DNA of 62,519 nt from Patescibacteria group bacterium (GTDB lineage Bacteria > Patescibacteriota > Patescibacteriia > UBA10025 > JAHIVO01). The notes beneath the pieces are model-generated. The model saw only the letters and a program-made list of their open reading frames with translations, did not search any database and was not told the origin of the DNA. A program made the translations under genes and the position numbers. Positions 59,198-62,519 of this stretch are shown piece by piece. Positions within the stretch are counted from its first letter, which is position 1. Each line of letters starts with the position of its first letter. The stretch is from contig JADFTK010000001.1 in assembly GCA_022560375.1 (NCBI GenBank), positions 1 through 62,519 of the forward strand, written 5' to 3'.

Positions 59198-59277
59198 ACC
59201 TATGTAATTGGCCTTATATATTAAAGCCGTAAAGAGCTATAGTGTTCGCCCCCAAGCAACCACCTATGTAATTGGCC
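59198..59277. repeat. 16-bp exact direct repeat with a 48-bp spacer
   Basis: ACCTATGTAATTGGCC at 59198-59213 and 59262-59277. Confidence 0.9.
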
Positions 59278-59721
59278 GTTCACAAACACGTCGATAGTCT
59301 GATTCGGCTTCACTTGATCACGCCACGCGGTCAGGACAATATCATATTCACCCTCATGCGGACGACGCAGAGTGATACAAATGTCAATATCGTGCCCAAA
59401 GGCATGCGGGTTTTCACTACCTATTACCACCATGATGTCATCTTTGAACCACATAACTTTATGGACTTTTTTACCAAGTGTTTTGCAGTCCTCAAATACA
59501 CACGTATCACACGATACAAACACGGTATCTACCACGGTTGAATCATTCACAATCACATGCACTGTATCATAGTGGATGATGATAAGTGTATCAACAGTCT
59601 GTTCCGGTGGATCAATCGGCACAGTGGGGGAATAGGTGGGGGAATAGCGTTCGCTATCGCAAGCACCAACAAACATAATTACGGTCACTAACAATGGCAT
59701 CAAACCTGAATATTTCAGCAT
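59221..59721 (-). CDS. Cassette D gene 2: putative lipoprotein
   Basis: Lipobox-like FVGAC; repeated DT(V/L) motifs; SD GGAGAAAGGT. Confidence 0.75.
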   Translation of the reverse strand: MLKYSGLMPLLVTVIMFVGACDSERYSPTYSPTVPIDPPEQTVDTLIIIHYDTVHVIVNDSTVVDTVFVSCDTCVFEDCKTLGKKVHKVMWFKDDIMVVIGSENPHAFGHDIDICITLRRPHEGEYDIVLTAWRDQVKPNQTIDVFVNGQLHRWLLGGEHYSSLRL

Positions 59722-59746
59722 ACAATCTACCTTTCTCCAATTTCAA

Positions 59747-60712
59747 TTAATGGCCAAACAGTATGGCCACGACCTGCAAACGTGTCGACCATCCATACTT
59801 CACATCATTCGAGCGCCACGTCTCATCAAAGCCATAGCCCATCAAGCCACGAACTTCAAGCCAATGATACCGATAGGTGAGTCCGCCTTCGAAAACTCTA
59901 CGTTTAAGTAAATAGTCGAACTGCCCTTTAGTATCGTTCTCAGTTTGGCTAACGCCAATTATCACATTGAGCATGGTGGTACTACAAACGAGTGTGTCGT
60001 AAAGATTCGAACAATCTTCCACGCGGTAAGTAAAATATAGACCATAATACAGTCCATATGCATCCACCTGTCTGCCTAGCTCCACAGTCTGCGAATTAGT
60101 AACCAACGAATGACCAACTTGCCCTTCCATGACAATTCTATCTGTCAGACGCAAACGTCCGCCAAGCGTAAATACGAAATTCGCATCAGGAGCCGTCGAA
60201 ATACCCAGTGTCATTCCACCGAAATAGCGGTTGAAGAAAATATAATTCTCTTGCTGAACATATCTCGTTTCATATATTGTCGTATCTGATCCTTCATAAA
60301 TGGGAAGTAGGGAAACTTCGACAGCTACAAATCTATATACACCTCCTGTATCAGACTTGATAAAGCAAGTCTCTTTGATAATCCTATCTTCAGCGAGACC
60401 CATATCAAGCAAAATCTCTTTGAGCGTGATCAGACGATCGTTAGCCAAACCGCCGTTACTACCATCATGAGATTTACTATAACGAGTTTTATCGACACCA
60501 GCTGTCAATATAACTCCCTGGTCCGGTACTGCCTGTACATACCTGACAAGTGATCGAAGTGCGGGGAAATATGGACTCCAGAAACTCTGGGGCATACTTT
60601 CACCGATCCCGGGTTCAAAATTGCTAATAACGATCTTGTCTGGGGTGGCCAAGACTTCTGAGAAGCTCAGGATCGAGAATAACAATAGCAACATCACAAT
60701 ACGTTGTGCCAT
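59747..60712 (-). CDS. Cassette D gene 1: secreted protein with OmpA-like N-domain and outer-membrane beta-barrel-like C-domain
   Basis: Signal peptide; G.D...N.GLA.DR...YR.V.V resembles OmpA_C; C-terminal amphipathic Gly/aromatic strands; SD GGAGGT. Confidence 0.65.
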   Translation of the reverse strand: MAQRIVMLLLLFSILSFSEVLATPDKIVISNFEPGIGESMPQSFWSPYFPALRSLVRYVQAVPDQGVILTAGVDKTRYSKSHDGSNGGLANDRLITLKEILLDMGLAEDRIIKETCFIKSDTGGVYRFVAVEVSLLPIYEGSDTTIYETRYVQQENYIFFNRYFGGMTLGISTAPDANFVFTLGGRLRLTDRIVMEGQVGHSLVTNSQTVELGRQVDAYGLYYGLYFTYRVEDCSNLYDTLVCSTTMLNVIIGVSQTENDTKGQFDYLLKRRVFEGGLTYRYHWLEVRGLMGYGFDETWRSNDVKYGWSTRLQVVAILFGH

Positions 60713-60771
60713 TCAAAAACCTCCAAAAAAAGTTAAGGGTTGATATTTAAACTATCTTTTTCTTTTATTTC

Positions 60772-60830
60772 TTTCAAAGAACAAAAATTGTATGAAAATA
60801 CATTCTACATTTTTTTTCAGCCAATGTCAA
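60772..60830 (-). promoter_or_regulatory. Cassette D promoter and boxA-like motif
   Basis: Minus strand TTGACA (60830-60825), 17 bp, TAGAAT (60807-60802); GTTCTTTGAAA (60782-60772). Confidence 0.75.
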
Positions 60831-60838
60831 TAGATGCC

Positions 60839-60867
60839 TTGACCCTATAAAAAGCCTGTATTACAAT
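60839..60867 (+). promoter_or_regulatory. Promoter of the tyrosine recombinase
   Basis: TTGACC, 17 bp, TACAAT. Confidence 0.65.
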
Positions 60868-60872
60868 AATAG

Positions 60873-60908
60873 TATAACTGCGTATAATAACTCTTACACT
60901 CAGTTATA
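60873..60908. other. dif-like tyrosine recombinase site
   Basis: TATAACTGCGTATAA-TAACTC-TTACACTCAGTTATA: inverted arms (13 of 15 matching) around a 6-bp core, directly upstream of the recombinase. Confidence 0.7.
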
Positions 60909-60943
60909 ACAGCCCTAAAATCCCCTGTAACATATAGGTATAT

Positions 60944-61879
60944 ATGCTCCCACATTTAGACGATTACCTCCTAAGTCTACAAACAAATAACTATTCCGAG
61001 AAAACAGTTTATAACTATGAACGGGACCTTAAAGTATTCGAACAATGGATGGATAAGGATGCCAAAACACCCTTCAAGGCCCTTAAAAGACGCCAGATTG
61101 ACCTCTACAAGGCCTATTTAGTCTCGAGGGATAGAATGACTGCCGAAGCCCAAAAAGGGCTTAAAAAGCTAAACTCTTACTCCATAAACAGGATGCTCTC
61201 GGCCCTACGCTCCTACCTGAAATATCTGCTAGATAATGACTACGAATGCCCTATCAGCCCCCAGATGATACGACTGACCAAGACTACCAAAAAGCATCCT
61301 CAGGTAGCTGAATTAGCAGATATTATACGGCTCATCGAAGCGCCCACTAAGTATGAAAAAGAAAAGCATATTGCCCTCCGCAACCGTGCCATGATGGAGG
61401 TTCTGTTTGCCACTGGCATGCGTATCTCGGAATTGCTAAGCTTAAATAAGAATCAAATAGATCCCACCGGCAAGATATTCATCGAGGGTAAAGGGCGGAA
61501 ACAAAGATTTGTCTATATGACTTCGAGAGCCAAACAACATGCAGAAAAATATTTAAATAGCCGTTCTGATAATCACCCCGCCCTCTTTATCCCCTACCGC
61601 GGCTCACGTGCCGGTTCCATCAATTCACGTATCTCTACAAACTATCTACAAATGAAAATCAAAGAGTACCGTGATCTCCTAAAAATAAATGTGCCCACTT
61701 CTGCTCACAGTTTACGCCACGGCTTTGCCACCTACCTCGCCGAGCAAGGCGCCAACCCCGCTGCCATTCAGATCCTACTAGGCCATGAATCGCTCGATAC
61801 AACCACTAGGTATGTAAACGCCTCAGACAAATACGCGGAGCGTACCCACAAAAAATTTCATCCACTTAAAGATAATTGA
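60944..61879 (+). CDS. Site-specific tyrosine recombinase (XerC/XerD-like)
   Basis: N-terminal SAM-like domain (T..NY..DL); TGMRISE (R), GKG.KQR (K), HSLRH (HxxR), LLGH, TT.RY (Y). Confidence 0.93.
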   Translation: MLPHLDDYLLSLQTNNYSEKTVYNYERDLKVFEQWMDKDAKTPFKALKRRQIDLYKAYLVSRDRMTAEAQKGLKKLNSYSINRMLSALRSYLKYLLDNDYECPISPQMIRLTKTTKKHPQVAELADIIRLIEAPTKYEKEKHIALRNRAMMEVLFATGMRISELLSLNKNQIDPTGKIFIEGKGRKQRFVYMTSRAKQHAEKYLNSRSDNHPALFIPYRGSRAGSINSRISTNYLQMKIKEYRDLLKINVPTSAHSLRHGFATYLAEQGANPAAIQILLGHESLDTTTRYVNASDKYAERTHKKFHPLKDN

Positions 61880-61883
61880 ATTT

Positions 61884-62240
61884 ATGAATATCCAATGGCT
61901 AAAAAATATTATTGAAAAAATTAATTTAAATATTTCTTCGAGTCGTATAAATTCACCAAACTATAAAAGTAAAACTATTATAAAAAGTTCTGGATTGAAG
62001 CCCGAAGAAGCAAAACAACTAATAACGGATGTGTTAAATTCAAATACTATTATAGCAGGTTTAAAATCAATTGCAGAACAAACATATAATGAAAGGTTTA
62101 TTGATTTTAAAAACGAAATTAAATCAAGGATCTCAAATCTTGATAAAACTGAGCTGTTGAAACTAGCTGATCCTTCAACACATGTATTACTAATTGAAGC
62201 GTGAAAATAAAGTGGTTGTGAAAAATCAAAAGATGTAAAA
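61884..62240 (+). pseudogene. Truncated AT-rich gene remnant (resembles the N-terminus of LPO_1073/Vpar_1526-like proteins)
   Basis: GL..EEAKQL..DV...IA...R...L.DP...L..A pattern recalled for that family; TGA-AAA-TAA at 62202-62210, then the same frame reopens. Confidence 0.4.
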
Positions 62241-62519
62241 CCCAAGAAAATAGAACTCACAGGAGTCCAATCCGACAGGAACACCATCGGTAAAATAAGG
62301 GTGGGTCTCGAGACTTATGCTGCAAGCCAGATTGTAACCGTAGGTACGAAAACATATCCAACGCCGGATAAGTTGCTGGACTTCGAGATACTCGGTTCTG
62401 TTGCATTAGACTGGAGCTACACCCCGGGTACTGCAGCTACCGGTATTAGTAACGCGGGCACAATTACATCCGGTCGCACCGATAGCACCATTACCTGGAA
62501 GTACTGGCTAAAATCAGCC

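Noticed and set aside
56433..59277. CRISPR-Cas (Cas4-like gene plus 16-bp repeat pair)
   Set aside because: Only two 16-bp copies, one inside a CDS; no cas1/cas2 and no regularly spaced array anywhere in the window.
57570..61879. Classical integron (IntI plus attC cassettes); GTTAGCC at 57570 and GGCTAAC at 57971 resemble R'/R'' boxes
   Set aside because: No matching GTTRRRY closes an attC after 57971, the other units lack such boxes, their hairpins are U-tailed terminators, and the recombinase looks Xer-like with no evident IntI insertion. An IntegronFinder run would settle it.
62202..62210. Stop-codon reassignment (code 25) explaining in-frame TGA
   Set aside because: Conserved genes end in TGA, none has internal TGA, and a TAA follows two codons later.
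1086..62287. Dozens of 60-180 aa ORFs antisense to or nested in long genes (e.g. 3482-3889, 13658-14143, 18845-19306, 33252-33800, 57182-57466, 61961-62287)
   Set aside because: They are shadow frames of well-supported genes, with no motifs or independent expression signals.

Overview
AT-rich bacterial chromosome segment, genetic code 11 (TGA used as stop). Gene content and style point to Patescibacteria/CPR (Parcubacteria/ABY1-like; my inference): short AlaRS and ProRS, DUF4012, a sigma70-r4/HTH protein, a TraD/HerA-like ATPase pair, and no Shine-Dalgarno sites on the core genes I checked. It runs from the secA 3' end through transport and envelope genes, secDF, an OLD nuclease-mnmA-alaS block, the infA-rpmJ-rpsM-rpsK-rpsD-rpoA-rplQ-rplM-rpsI cluster, a Wzx/glycosyltransferase cluster, two mreB paralogs with mreCD-pbp2, frr-rseP-proS, greA-lysS-serS, alr-ddl-ftsQ and hup. 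It ends in an accessory island beside a Xer-type tyrosine recombinase. Most notable: (1) a tiled array of self-contained expression units at 57.6-60.8 kb (sigma70 promoter, often a boxA-like motif, strong SD, orphan ORF, intrinsic terminator), including an OmpA/beta-barrel-like protein unexpected in a cell without an outer membrane, with a similar unit at 0.18-1.03 kb; (2) a dif-like palindrome on the recombinase's own transcription start; (3) RpoA with the alpha-CTD replaced by a disordered tail ending in an AT-hook; (4) SecD with an inserted, apparently circularly permuted parvulin PPIase; (5) a treT pseudogene collapsed by internal deletion. No rRNA, tRNA or CRISPR array was recognised. All family calls come from motif recognition by eye, not database searches.
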